From assembly GCA_038045945.1 (NCBI GenBank), contig JBBSXC010000003.1, positions 21,859 to 85,858 on the forward strand: a stretch of 64,000 bases of DNA, written 5' to 3'. The notes beneath the pieces were generated by a model. It did no database searches and was not told where the DNA came from. It saw only the letters and a program-made list of their open reading frames with translations. Origin of the DNA: Nanobdellota archaeon (GTDB lineage: Archaea > Nanobdellota > Nanobdellia > Pacearchaeales > GW2011-AR1). Position numbers and translations under genes: made by a program. This document shows positions 36,791 through 46,963 of this stretch, piece after piece. Numbering within the stretch: the stretch's first letter is position 1; each line of letters begins with the position of its first letter.

Positions 36791-37114
36791 ATGTCAAAAT
36801 CAGAAATAGCAAAATACGCAATAATAAACGCATTATCAACAGCACTATACGTTATTATCCTGGTATCACTTATATTCTACTTTGGAAAAACCCTACAAGG
36901 CAGTGAAGAAACAATACTAATACCAATAGGGATGATAATGCTATTCTTATTCTCAGCAAGCCTAACAGGAACACTAGTGCTAGGAAGACCAATAATGTGG
37001 TATTTAGACAACAAAAAGAAAGAAGCATTACAACTACTGCTCTCTACACTTATAATAATACTAATGATAACACTAATAGTATTCATAATGATGATAACAG
37101 TAGCATTATACTAA
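36791..37114 (+). CDS. Small membrane protein
   Basis: 107 aa, three TM helices. Confidence 0.4.
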   Translation: MSKSEIAKYAIINALSTALYVIILVSLIFYFGKTLQGSEETILIPIGMIMLFLFSASLTGTLVLGRPIMWYLDNKKKEALQLLLSTLIIILMITLIVFIMMITVALY

Positions 37115-37116
37115 TT

Positions 37117-37380
37117 ATGGACTACAAATTATCAGAAATAGCAGAGATGATGAAGATTTACGTAAGAGCAGAAGCAGAAACAAAAGATTACTTGTTCTTG
37201 TCAGCATCATCTATGAAAAATAAAGAACCAAAAATAAAAAGTGCTCAAAGAACAATAAAAGCAATAGAGGAGTACAAAAAGTTGCCATTAGAGTTAAGAA
37301 AAGAAATAGAAAAAGACACTAATATGAGCAGGATAGAAATGATAGAAAAATTATGTCAAGAGACGATAAAAACAATCTAA
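37117..37380 (+). CDS. Hypothetical small protein. Start moved to MDYKLSEIAEM from the track's overlapping 36997 start.
   Basis: A start at 36997 would overlap the preceding gene in another frame. 37117 begins right after its stop. Confidence 0.3.
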   Translation: MDYKLSEIAEMMKIYVRAEAETKDYLFLSASSMKNKEPKIKSAQRTIKAIEEYKKLPLELRKEIEKDTNMSRIEMIEKLCQETIKTI

Positions 37381-37384
37381 TCAT

Positions 37385-37918
37385 TCACATTAATTCTTTT
37401 CTAATAAGTTTGTGAGCAGCATTAATCTTTTGGAATAATTCATGATTACCCTCAGGCATGTCGGGGTGGTGAATCCTAGCTAAATCCTTATACTTCTTAG
37501 TAATAAGATCATAATCATTTTCATTATCACTAACACCTAAAGTTTTACGAGCCTCTATAAGCTGCTCTGAGTGATCATCATCCTCAGAAAACTCTCGAGA
37601 AAACTCATCAGCAGAGATTTCTTTAGATAAAAGACGCTTAACCTCAATCTTAAGAACCTGATCAATAATATAAAGATTCTCAACATATCTAGGCATTAAA
37701 GAATAAGAATACTTCAAGTTCCTACCATTAAAATACCAAGAAGCAGTAGCAGGAGATTTCTTACGAGCATTACTCTCAAGAGTGATGTGAACGTTATGAC
37801 TATCAGTACCAAGACCTTTAAGAGTGAAAATAATATTATTCTTAAACTGTATTGCTTTACGATCGCAAGAGCTAATAATACTAGGAGTCTCTATCTCATT
37901 ACCTTTAATCTTAACCAT
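37385..37918 (-). CDS. J-domain protein with the J-domain at the C-terminus
   Basis: YDLITKKYKDLARIHHPDMPEGNHELFQKINAAHKLI contains the HPD tripeptide. Transcribed divergently from grpE. Confidence 0.6.
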   Translation of the reverse strand: MVKIKGNEIETPSIISSCDRKAIQFKNNIIFTLKGLGTDSHNVHITLESNARKKSPATASWYFNGRNLKYSYSLMPRYVENLYIIDQVLKIEVKRLLSKEISADEFSREFSEDDDHSEQLIEARKTLGVSDNENDYDLITKKYKDLARIHHPDMPEGNHELFQKINAAHKLIRKELM

Positions 37919-37940
37919 TAAAACATAAGAGAAAAAAGCG

Positions 37941-38000
37941 TTTATAAAGGTGACCTAAAAAGAAAAAAAGCAAAAAAGTACTAACAGAATCCTTTATAAG
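37941..38000. promoter_or_regulatory. Divergent promoter region with TATA-like boxes (tttataaa 37941-37948; tttataag 37993-38000)
   Basis: The second box is centred about 25 nt upstream of the grpE ATG at 38022. No Shine-Dalgarno is visible. Confidence 0.35.
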
Positions 38001-38021
38001 CAAAGAAAAAAAGTAATAATC

Positions 38022-38561
38022 ATGGAAGAAAAAGAAAAAACAGAAGAAAAAAGTGCTTCAGAAACATTAGAAGAATCAGAAGGGAACGCAATGCTAGAAA
38101 AAATAATAAGTGTACTAAACGGAGAAAAATCGCAGATAGCAGAAGAAAAAATTAGCAAGGAATCAGAATACCTAGAAAAACTACAAAGATTACAAGCAGA
38201 ATTCGAAAACTTCCGAAAAAGAGTAGAAAAAGAAAAACAAGAACAACAAAGTAACGCAAACACAAACCTAATAGGAGAACTATTAAACGTAATGGACAAT
38301 TTTGAACTATCACTAAAACACAACAAAGACAAAGGAGTAGAAATGATATATCAAGAACTGAAAAAAACATTAGAAAAACAAGGACTAAAAGTCATAGAAA
38401 CAAAAGGAAAATTCGACCCAAAAATACACGAAGCAGTAATAAAAATCGCAGGAAAAGAAGATGACGCTATATTAGAAGAGATACAAAAGGGTTATGTGCT
38501 AAACAATAAGCTTTTAAGGGCAGCAAAAGTAAAAATTAGTAAACTGGAAGAAAAAAAATGA
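38022..38561 (+). CDS. grpE: GrpE nucleotide exchange factor
   Basis: Coiled-coil [17 protein letters not shown], then a GrpE C-terminal beta domain. Overlaps dnaK by 4 nt. Confidence 0.75.
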   Translation: MEEKEKTEEKSASETLEESEGNAMLEKIISVLNGEKSQIAEEKISKESEYLEKLQRLQAEFENFRKRVEKEKQEQQSNANTNLIGELLNVMDNFELSLKHNKDKGVEMIYQELKKTLEKQGLKVIETKGKFDPKIHEAVIKIAGKEDDAILEEIQKGYVLNNKLLRAAKVKISKLEEKK

Positions 38562-40402
38562 ACAAAATAAACAAAACAATAGGAATAGACCTAGGAACAA
38601 CATTCTCAGCGGTAAGCGTAATGGAAGGAGGAAGGCCAAAAATAATACCAAACACAGAAGGAAATAACACAACACCAAGCGTAGTATCAATAAACGGAAA
38701 CGAAGTACTAGTAGGAGACGCAGCAAAAAGAGGAGCAGTAGCAAACCCAAAAAGCACAATAAGAAGCATAAAGAGACTTATGGGAACGAAAAAACTATCA
38801 ATAATAGGAGACAAAGAATACACACCAGAACAAGTATCAGCAATGATCCTACAAAAACTAAAAAGAGACGCAGAGGCATACCTAGGAGGAGAAGTAACAG
38901 ACGCAGTAATAACAGTACCAGCATACTTTGGAGACGCACAAAGAAACGCAACAAAAGACGCAGGAATAATAGCAGGACTAAACGTTAAAAGAATAATAAA
39001 CGAACCAACAGCAGCAGCATTAGCATATGGCCTAGAAAAATCACACGAACACACAATACTAGTATTCGATTTCGGAGGAGGAACATTCGACGTATCAATA
39101 CTAGAACTAGGAGGAGGAATATTCGAAGTAAAATCAACAAGCGGAGACAACTTCTTAGGAGGAGACGACATAGACAACCTAATAATAGAATTCTTAATAG
39201 CAGAATTCAAAAAAGAAAGTGGAATAGACCTAAAAAACGATCTTGTAGCATTACAAAGACTAAGAGACGCAAGCGAAAAAGCAAAAATAGAATTATCATC
39301 AGCACAACAAACAAAAATAACAATACCATACATAGCAGCAGGAGCAGACGGACCAAAACACTTAGACGTTAACTTGAGCAGAGCACACTTCGAAAAAATA
39401 TGTGAACCAATATTTGAAAGACTAAAAAATCCGACAAAACAAGCAATAAAAGACGCTAAGATGCCAAAAATTGACAAAGTAATACTAGTTGGAGGAAGCA
39501 CAAGAATACCAAAAGTACAAAAAATAGTAGAAGAACTAACGGGCCTAGTACCTGACAAATCAGTTAACCCAGACGAAGCAGTATCACTAGGAGCAGCAAT
39601 ACAAGGAGGAATAATAAGCGGAGACGTAAAAGACATACTACTATTAGACGTAACACCACTAACACTAGGAATAGAAACGATGGGAGGACTAAAAATGTCC
39701 CTAATAGAAAGAAACACAACAATACCAACAAAAAAAAGCGAAGTATTCACAACAGCAGCAGACAACCAATACGCAGTAACAATAAACGTGCTACAAGGAG
39801 AAAGAGAAATGGCAGAAGACAATAAGTCCTTAGGAAAATTCGACCTAGTAGGAATACCACCAGCACCAAGAGGAATACCACAAATAGAAGTAACATTTGA
39901 CATTGACACAAACGGAATAGTAAAAGTATCAGCAAAAGACTTAGGAACAGGAAGAGAACAAAAAATAACAGTTACTGGAGGAGCACTAACAGAAAAAGAG
40001 ATAGAAAGCATGATAAAAGACTCAGAAAAATTCAAAGAAGAAGACAAGAAAAAAAGAGAAAGAATAGTAACAAAGAACGAAGCAGAATCACTAGTATACT
40101 CAACAGAAAAAATGTTAGAAGAATACAAAGACAAGGTAGACAAAGAAACAATAAACAAAATACAAAAAGAAGTAACAACACTAAAAGAAGTATTAGCTAC
40201 TGATAACCACGAAGAAATAAAAACAAGACTAGAAGAACTAAAAAAAGTATCACAAGAATTAGGAGTAAAAATTTATGAACAATCAGCAAAAGAAGCACAA
40301 GCAGGAAATGCGGCTAACAAAGAGGGAAAAGTAGTAGACGCAGAAGTAGTAGACGAACACAAAGGCCACGATCACGAAGGCGAACACAACCATTCTCACT
40401 AA
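38558..40402 (+). CDS. dnaK: Hsp70 chaperone DnaK
   Basis: [40 protein letters not shown] and a His-rich C-terminal tail. 614 aa. Confidence 0.9.
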   Translation: MNKINKTIGIDLGTTFSAVSVMEGGRPKIIPNTEGNNTTPSVVSINGNEVLVGDAAKRGAVANPKSTIRSIKRLMGTKKLSIIGDKEYTPEQVSAMILQKLKRDAEAYLGGEVTDAVITVPAYFGDAQRNATKDAGIIAGLNVKRIINEPTAAALAYGLEKSHEHTILVFDFGGGTFDVSILELGGGIFEVKSTSGDNFLGGDDIDNLIIEFLIAEFKKESGIDLKNDLVALQRLRDASEKAKIELSSAQQTKITIPYIAAGADGPKHLDVNLSRAHFEKICEPIFERLKNPTKQAIKDAKMPKIDKVILVGGSTRIPKVQKIVEELTGLVPDKSVNPDEAVSLGAAIQGGIISGDVKDILLLDVTPLTLGIETMGGLKMSLIERNTTIPTKKSEVFTTAADNQYAVTINVLQGEREMAEDNKSLGKFDLVGIPPAPRGIPQIEVTFDIDTNGIVKVSAKDLGTGREQKITVTGGALTEKEIESMIKDSEKFKEEDKKKRERIVTKNEAESLVYSTEKMLEEYKDKVDKETINKIQKEVTTLKEVLATDNHEEIKTRLEELKKVSQELGVKIYEQSAKEAQAGNAANKEGKVVDAEVVDEHKGHDHEGEHNHSH

Positions 40403-40496
40403 AAAATAATTTACTAATAACAACATCCTAATTAGTGAATCCAAAATAATCATTATCTTTCATTTAATTTAAAAAGTTAAATACTACATCATAATC

Positions 40497-41576
40497 ATGG
40501 CAAAAAAAGACTATTACGAAATATTAGGAGTAAAAAGTACAGATTCTAATGAAACAATAAAGAAAAATTATAAGTTATTAGCACTAAAATACCACCCTGA
40601 TAAAGCAGCGCCAGAAAAAAAGAAAGAGTACGAAGAAAAATTCAAAGAAATAAACGAAGCATACAGCACAATAGGAGACGAAGGAAAAAGAAGAAAATAC
40701 GACTCTGGAGAAACAGCACAAAACTTTGGTGGAGGAGGATTTAGTCAATCACAAGGTTTTGGAGGAGAAGACTTATCGGACATACTATCAAACCTTTTCG
40801 GGGGAGGATCATTTAGAAACGCTTCAAAAAACCAGGGCGGCAGAAGAAGGGGAGAGGACTTAAGTTATGAAATAACAATAGAATTTACAGAGGCAGCATA
40901 CGGGTGCGAAAAAGAAATAATAATAAAAAAAGATTATGTTTGTGAAAATTGTGAAGGATCAGGATCAGAAGACAAAGAATATGATAAGTGTGAAACATGT
41001 AACGGTCACGGAAGACTAAGAATAAGCCAAAAAACACCATTTGGAATAATGAACCAAACAATAATCTGCGAAAAATGCGAAGGAGCAGGAAAAATACCAA
41101 AAAACAAATGCACAAACTGTGAAGGTGAAGGAATAATAAACAAAAAAGAAAAAATAAAAATCAAGATACCAGCAGGAATAGACAATGGACAAACACTAAG
41201 AGTAGTAGGCGGAGGCCAAGCAATAAAAAACGGGGAAGAAGGAGACTTATTCTTAACAGTCAATGTTAAAGAGCACAAAGTATTCAATAGAACCGAATTC
41301 GACATTCATATGGACTTAGAAATAAGCTTCTCAAAAGCAGCCCTAGGAGGAGAAGTAGCAGTTACAACACTAAAAGGAGAATTATTAAGAATAAAAATAT
41401 CAAAAGGAACACAAACAGGAAGCGTGTTAAGACTGGCTGGAAGAGGAATACCCATACTAAACAATAATAGTAAGTTTGGAGACCAATTCATAAAAATAAT
41501 AGTAAAAACACCAAAAAAGTTAACAAAAAAACAAACAAAAATATTTGAAGAATTAGCAAAACTAGAAGAAGAATAA
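40497..41576 (+). CDS. dnaJ: Type I Hsp40 co-chaperone DnaJ
   Basis: J-domain DYYEILGV...YHPDK. G/F region. Four CxxCxGxG zinc-finger repeats. Confidence 0.85.
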   Translation: MAKKDYYEILGVKSTDSNETIKKNYKLLALKYHPDKAAPEKKKEYEEKFKEINEAYSTIGDEGKRRKYDSGETAQNFGGGGFSQSQGFGGEDLSDILSNLFGGGSFRNASKNQGGRRRGEDLSYEITIEFTEAAYGCEKEIIIKKDYVCENCEGSGSEDKEYDKCETCNGHGRLRISQKTPFGIMNQTIICEKCEGAGKIPKNKCTNCEGEGIINKKEKIKIKIPAGIDNGQTLRVVGGGQAIKNGEEGDLFLTVNVKEHKVFNRTEFDIHMDLEISFSKAALGGEVAVTTLKGELLRIKISKGTQTGSVLRLAGRGIPILNNNSKFGDQFIKIIVKTPKKLTKKQTKIFEELAKLEEE

Positions 41577-41621
41577 AAATATACTATAAACAAATATAAA
41601 GGGAAAAAATAGTAATAAACA

Positions 41622-41813
41622 ATGGAAAAATACAAAATAAAAGCAATAATCACAGAAGAGTTACCAGAAAGAGAAATAGAAGCAGAAAGCAAAGAAGAAG
41701 CAGAAGAAAAATACATGCAAATGTTTGAGAACGGAGAGATAAACGGAGAAGAATACGAAGTAGACTTCGGAGACGGAGATGAGGATGAAGAAGACGATTC
41801 TAAAGTTGAATAA
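41622..41813 (+). CDS. Small acidic protein
   Basis: 63 aa, E/D-rich. Confidence 0.3.
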   Translation: MEKYKIKAIITEELPEREIEAESKEEAEEKYMQMFENGEINGEEYEVDFGDGDEDEEDDSKVE

Positions 41814-42160
41814 TCAACAAATCACTATTTCTTCATTATGACTCTTTTAATAGCACCATAAGCGCCAAGAATAAAAACTAATGATGGTAGCAAGATGGAA
41901 AAAGATAAGAAAATCAAAAGGATTTAAATAGGAAGAGAAATATAAAGAACAATGGCATCATACCCCCCAGGAGCAAAGAAACAAAAATTAGATTATACAG
42001 TAGACAAGGCAGTATATGACTCGTTCATGAAAAAAAGTAGCAATATGGGATTCGCACCACAAGTAATAATAGAAAAATTTATGAAAAAATTCTCAGAAAC
42101 AGGACAAATATAAAAAAATATTACTAAAAAGTCTAACTTACAATAAAAAGAGATGAGAAA

Positions 42161-42895
42161 ATGATAAATCCTGACATAATAAGGTACTTTAAAGAAGGAA
42201 TATGGAAAGGTTACACTCAAGAATTCTTAAAACAAAACTTACTAAAAAACGGATATGACATAAACGAAGTAGAAGAAACAGAAAGAGAACTAATAAGACA
42301 AGTATCACTAGAACCAAAAATAGGAAAATTTGAAGGCTATATTAAAAAAAATTGGAAGAAGATAATGCTAGCAGGAATAATCCTATTAGCAATAATAATC
42401 GCTGCAACAACAATAAACTGGAAAGGCAACAATGAGGAAGACCTTATAATAAATGAGAATATAACAATGATTACTTGTGATGGAACAAAAAACCAGTTAT
42501 TAGTAGAACCAGGACAAGAAATATCATACTTACAAATAACAAACGCACAAGAACAACAACTAAGAGACTTAAACCAGAACAGACTAATAGAAACATCATA
42601 CACAATAAACATCCCTTTAGAAAAAGCAACAATAATAAAACAAGAATACTACCTAATAACTGATCCTAGCGAAGCTAACGGAACAAGCACAAACCAAGTA
42701 TCAAAAAACAAAACACAATTCTTAACATTATCAAACATTAGCGGAATAGAAGAAGGAAACGACAAACTGGGAAAAATGATAAAGACATGGCAGAACAGAA
42801 GTATAAGCACATATGAAGAATTCGAAGTAAACACCATATACATAAATTTAGGAAACCAGAGCAGAATAATAAGTTACACTTGTAACACTGAATAA
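42161..42895 (+). CDS. Membrane-anchored hypothetical protein
   Basis: Cytoplasmic N-terminus. One TM IMLAGIILLAIIIAATTI. Extracytoplasmic Asn/Thr-rich domain. Confidence 0.4.
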   Translation: MINPDIIRYFKEGIWKGYTQEFLKQNLLKNGYDINEVEETERELIRQVSLEPKIGKFEGYIKKNWKKIMLAGIILLAIIIAATTINWKGNNEEDLIINENITMITCDGTKNQLLVEPGQEISYLQITNAQEQQLRDLNQNRLIETSYTINIPLEKATIIKQEYYLITDPSEANGTSTNQVSKNKTQFLTLSNISGIEEGNDKLGKMIKTWQNRSISTYEEFEVNTIYINLGNQSRIISYTCNTE

Positions 42896-42913
42896 AAAAC
42901 TAGAAGTAACGGC

Positions 42914-43435
42914 TTAACCAAATCTTGATAATATTCCTGATCCTACAATCACTAAAAGTAATCCTACAATTTTCATAGGTGTTACTGATTCTCCTAAAAA
43001 AAATCCTATGGCCGAGGCTATAGCAATACTGCCACCGATTACTATGGGTCCGACAATTGATACTGCAGTTCCAGAATTATAAGCTTTTAAAATAAAATAA
43101 TCAATAGCTAAAGCACAAGCTCCAGCCAAAACTGCAAAAAGGATTCCCTTTGGATTAGAGTAAAGAGTTACAGATTTATATTGCGGGGCTAAAAATAATA
43201 TGCCTAAGACTACCGCAGTTAATGAAACTACAATTGCTCCAAAAAGGTAATTAATATGAGATGAAGCCTGTTGATGAAAAACGGTCCAGATACCAAACGC
43301 AATTGCAGCTATTATTGCAAAAACTATTCCAGGAAGCATCTGTATACGTGTTTTATGATATTTATAAATCTCTTTACAATCTAACTTTTCGAAAGATATA
43401 ACTAATAGAATGCCTTCGGAGTAATAGAAATACAA
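42914..43435 (-). CDS. EamA/DMT-like small membrane transporter (half-size)
   Basis: 4-5 TM helices of EamA type (GIVFAIIAAIAFGIW ... GLLLVIVGSGILSRFG). The true start may be the downstream MLPGIVF. Confidence 0.4.
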   Translation of the reverse strand: MYFYYSEGILLVISFEKLDCKEIYKYHKTRIQMLPGIVFAIIAAIAFGIWTVFHQQASSHINYLFGAIVVSLTAVVLGILFLAPQYKSVTLYSNPKGILFAVLAGACALAIDYFILKAYNSGTAVSIVGPIVIGGSIAIASAIGFFLGESVTPMKIVGLLLVIVGSGILSRFG

Positions 43436-43620
43436 TAATTACTCAACAAAACCTTAATAATTATCTGTAATTCAACGAGTCTACCATTAAACTACTAGCT
43501 AATGATAAAATGGCTGTTCATCATAACCTCTCAATTCAGGTTTAAGCTAATTGTTCTCTTAAAAAGTTATTTTTCTTACCTAACCAAAACCTATATAATA
43601 CCAAAAAAATTCTTATAATC

Positions 43621-44532
43621 ATGGAAAAAGAGGAAAGAAAAAAAATATCAATTAATCTTTCGCCATCAAGCATAAACGTATACTACCAAAGCCCACTATT
43701 ATTCTACCTAAAATACATAGAAAAAGCACCAGACGACACGCAAGTACCAGTATGTTACGGTCTGTCAGGAAGCTTAGTACATGAATGCTTAGAAAAATAC
43801 GCAAAGAAAGAAATAGACAGAGACCAAGCATACGCACACCTATTAACACAGTGGGAAAAACAAAACTTACACGTACACCAAGACATAAACGGGAAAACAC
43901 TAAACCCTATGGATTACATAAACGCAATGATAAAAGGAATAGAAGTAGTAGAAAAACACGAAGAACACTTATGCGAAGAAACAATAACATTCCCACTAAA
44001 AGAAAACGAGAAAATAAAGATAGGGATAAAAGGAATAATAGACTTACAAGCAACAGAAAAAGGAACAAAAAAAACAGTATTATTAGACTACAAAACAAGC
44101 AATAGCGTAAGCGAAGACAAATCATTCGAAAGACAAGCATTATTCTACAACTTACTAATACACAAACAAAAAAACAGAATACCAGAAAAAACAAGTCTGT
44201 ATTACCTAAAATTAGGAATAACAAAAAATTATGAGTTCAAAATAAAAGAAATAGAAGAATTCGAAAAAGAACTACACAAAATAGCTGACAGCATACTAGA
44301 AGCAGGCACAAGAATAGAAAACTATCCAGTAGGGCAAATAGACGACTTATTCAACAGCAAAAAACAAGCATGCATAAAAGAAGTAGAAAGAAGAAAAATA
44401 CAAAGCCAACAAAAATTATTATTTGAAAGAAAAGAAAAAATTTACCAATTTAGCCAACCTGAGACATCTTTCAAGCCTGAACTATCAGGTCCGCTAATGG
44501 CCATGCAAAGCGGAGAAAACATCAAACCTTAA
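43621..44532 (+). CDS. PD-(D/E)xK nuclease-superfamily protein, RecB/Cas4-like core without the Cys cluster
   Basis: IKGIIDLQATEKGTKKTVLLDYKTS fits the D...(D/E)xK core. N-terminal SPSSINVYYQSPLLFYLKYI resembles the Cas4/RecB N-terminal helix. Confidence 0.45.
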   Translation: MEKEERKKISINLSPSSINVYYQSPLLFYLKYIEKAPDDTQVPVCYGLSGSLVHECLEKYAKKEIDRDQAYAHLLTQWEKQNLHVHQDINGKTLNPMDYINAMIKGIEVVEKHEEHLCEETITFPLKENEKIKIGIKGIIDLQATEKGTKKTVLLDYKTSNSVSEDKSFERQALFYNLLIHKQKNRIPEKTSLYYLKLGITKNYEFKIKEIEEFEKELHKIADSILEAGTRIENYPVGQIDDLFNSKKQACIKEVERRKIQSQQKLLFERKEKIYQFSQPETSFKPELSGPLMAMQSGENIKP

Positions 44533-44800
44533 CAATTCATCTCACAAAAACTTCTTTAAAGTATACGATAAAATAATTGGTAAATGTTCTCTTCAGAAGG
44601 AACAACAGACAGAAATATCTGGGAAGAAAATATTTTTAACGTCGATCATAATATGCTTATTATTTATAATAGGGACAATAGGAAGAATATATCTTAATAA
44701 GATGGAAATGAAAAAAATAACTCTAAAGTAGTAGGGGAGTCAGAGGTTGTCTAGCAAAAAACCGCATTTCTTTTTATATAAAAAATCACGATGCTATTGA

Positions 44801-45139
44801 ATGGTAAAAGAGTTATGCCTAATATGTTACAGAACAATATCGGACCCCATGTGTGCTGACTGCCATATAAAACACGTACTAATATGGCTAAAAAGTACAA
44901 ACATAAAAAAGTCAGTTAAAACAGAAATGCTTAAAGAATTTAAGAAAAAAGTGCATTATGATGCGTTAAACGAAGGAGAATGCGTAGTGTGCTATAAAGG
45001 AGAAGTAAACATATGCTACTATTGTTTCTGCAAAAAATTTAGTAACCAATTACAAAAAACAAAAGAAGGAAAACCATACCTAGAAGAATTCAATAACATA
45101 TTTAACTATAGCATAATGAGTGATACAAACGAAAAATAA
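44801..45139 (+). CDS. Cys-rich zinc-finger protein
   Basis: CLICY...CADCH ... CVVCY...CYYCFC are multiple CxxC pairs. Confidence 0.4.
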   Translation: MVKELCLICYRTISDPMCADCHIKHVLIWLKSTNIKKSVKTEMLKEFKKKVHYDALNEGECVVCYKGEVNICYYCFCKKFSNQLQKTKEGKPYLEEFNNIFNYSIMSDTNEK

Positions 45140-45244
45140 GCCTATTTGTCTTAAAATATACAACATTTTAGGAAAAGGCTTAAATAGTAAATTTGTCTGT
45201 CTATAATAAGACAAAATAAAAAAGAACAATGGAGAAAAAATAAA

Positions 45245-46000
45245 ATGGTAGCTATTGATGAGGGGAGATTTGATTCAATATTTGAGTCAATAGGTTTTAG
45301 TAAGAACGAAATAAAAGTTTATCTTGATTTAGTAAAACAAGAAAGCTCAACAGCACTAGAAATATCTAAAAGAACTGGAATACACAGATCAAATACTTAT
45401 GACATAATAAGGAGCCTAATATCTAAAGGATTTATAAGGGAAATGAGCATTGAAAGCAAAAGAGTATTTAGAGCACTGCACCCAGATAGACTAAAAGGGT
45501 ACTTGGACCAAAAAAGACAAGAAGTAGAAAATGTCTTGCCCGAATTAACAAAGTATGCTCGTCAACACGGAACAACGGCTAGTGCCTCATGGATTAGCGA
45601 AGGAATATTCGTTGCTAGAGAAATACTAATGGATTTACTAAAACTTAAAAGCTCTATAATAATGTTCGGAGCGTCACTTTCACATGTTGATTACTTGGGA
45701 AGATCTTTCTTAGAGGATTTCCATAAAGAAAGAATAAAAAACCAGATACTTATGAAAAGAATATTTAGTAAAGAAGGAGTTGACAGATTCTCCGCCTTAA
45801 ACAAAATGAAGTATACTGAGGCAAGATACTTACCAGAAAAGTATGATAGTAATACATCAACAATTGTTTGCAAAGACACAGTACTAATACTAATATTTGG
45901 AAAACCAGTGCTAGTAATAACAATTAAGAGTCAAGACATTGCAGACTCATACGAAAAATATTTCAGAATACTTTGGAGGTCGGCTAGAAAAACAGCCTAG
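45245..46000 (+). CDS. TrmB-family transcriptional regulator
   Basis: FSKNEIKVYLDLVKQESSTALEISKRTGIHRSNTYDIIRSLISKGFIRE is the TrmB N-terminal winged HTH. Confidence 0.6.
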   Translation: MVAIDEGRFDSIFESIGFSKNEIKVYLDLVKQESSTALEISKRTGIHRSNTYDIIRSLISKGFIREMSIESKRVFRALHPDRLKGYLDQKRQEVENVLPELTKYARQHGTTASASWISEGIFVAREILMDLLKLKSSIIMFGASLSHVDYLGRSFLEDFHKERIKNQILMKRIFSKEGVDRFSALNKMKYTEARYLPEKYDSNTSTIVCKDTVLILIFGKPVLVITIKSQDIADSYEKYFRILWRSARKTA

Positions 46001-46053
46001 TTGTTTATTTGTATAAATAAAAACAACTAGATTTTAAATAAACACAATAACAA

Positions 46054-46872
46054 ATGAATATAATGATTAAAGGGAAAAAAGCAATGGCATCAGGATCATG
46101 GATTCTAGTAATAGTACTCGTAGCACTAATAGGAGCAGCAATATATTATACAAGCACAAACTCAATGAAAAGTCAAGATGGTGAAGGAAGAGTACTAATA
46201 GCAATGACTGATGCAGCAGCAAACATGGGAACAATAAGCGAGGTAAGAATAACAGTGGACAAAGTAGAAGCACACAGCGAAGGTCAAGGATGGGTGACAC
46301 TATCATCAAATTCTCAAACATACGACTTACTAGAACTAAAAGCTAAAGGGGAAGTAGTAGCAATAGCAGATGAAGAAATAAAAGCAGACAATTATAACCA
46401 AATAAGAATGGAAGTATCAAAAGTAGTGGTAGTTGACGCAAACGGAAGCCACGAAGCAAAACTACCATCAAACAGGCTAACAGTAAACACACAAATGACT
46501 GTAGATGAAGAATCAACACAAACAGCAACATTTGACTTCATAGCAGACGAATCATTACACGTTACAGGAAACGGCAGGTACATAATGGCACCAGTAATAA
46601 GCATAGAAACAAGAGATGACGCAGAAATAAAAGAAGAAAGCGGAGGAAGAGTAGTAATAAGTGGAGGAAGAGTAATGTCAACAAGCAAAGTAGGAATGGA
46701 TATAAACGGAAATGTAGGAGTGGGTCTAGGAGTATCATCAGACATAAACATTGACGTAAACGAAAATTTAGTGATTGGTGGAGTAATAGGTGCAGGGTCA
46801 TCCTCTGGAAAAAATAATAGCTCGAGTGGTGGAGTAGGGTTAGGACTTGGATCATCAGCAAGCACATACTAA
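46054..46872 (+). CDS. Membrane-anchored secreted protein with a Gly-rich C-terminus
   Basis: TM helix ASGSWILVIVLVALIGAAIYY. C-terminus GGVIGAGSSSGKNNSSSGGVGLGLGSS. Confidence 0.4.
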   Translation: MNIMIKGKKAMASGSWILVIVLVALIGAAIYYTSTNSMKSQDGEGRVLIAMTDAAANMGTISEVRITVDKVEAHSEGQGWVTLSSNSQTYDLLELKAKGEVVAIADEEIKADNYNQIRMEVSKVVVVDANGSHEAKLPSNRLTVNTQMTVDEESTQTATFDFIADESLHVTGNGRYIMAPVISIETRDDAEIKEESGGRVVISGGRVMSTSKVGMDINGNVGVGLGVSSDINIDVNENLVIGGVIGAGSSSGKNNSSSGGVGLGLGSSASTY

Positions 46873-46963
46873 ATTCGTATTAATAATAAAGAATAAAAAA
46901 ATAATTCCTTCGCCGAAAGGCTTTTAAGCAAGAGAACGTGTTACTATTTATAAGGAGTATATA

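Noticed and set aside
38536-40158. 540 aa ORF on the - strand
   Set aside because: It lies entirely antisense to dnaK. Its low-complexity S/F/I-rich translation is an artefact of the A-rich coding strand of a conserved Hsp70 gene.
41952-42128. 58 aa ORF (MASYPPGAKKQKLDYTVDKAVYDSFMKK...), possibly RHH-like
   Set aside because: It is below the track cutoff, was translated by hand with some uncertainty, has no partner toxin gene and no strong motif. It is not reported as a feature.
46067-46867. - strand ORFs of 62-157 aa antisense to 46054..46872
   Set aside because: They are antisense to a gene with a TM anchor and coherent domains, and they are Leu/Pro-rich and low complexity.
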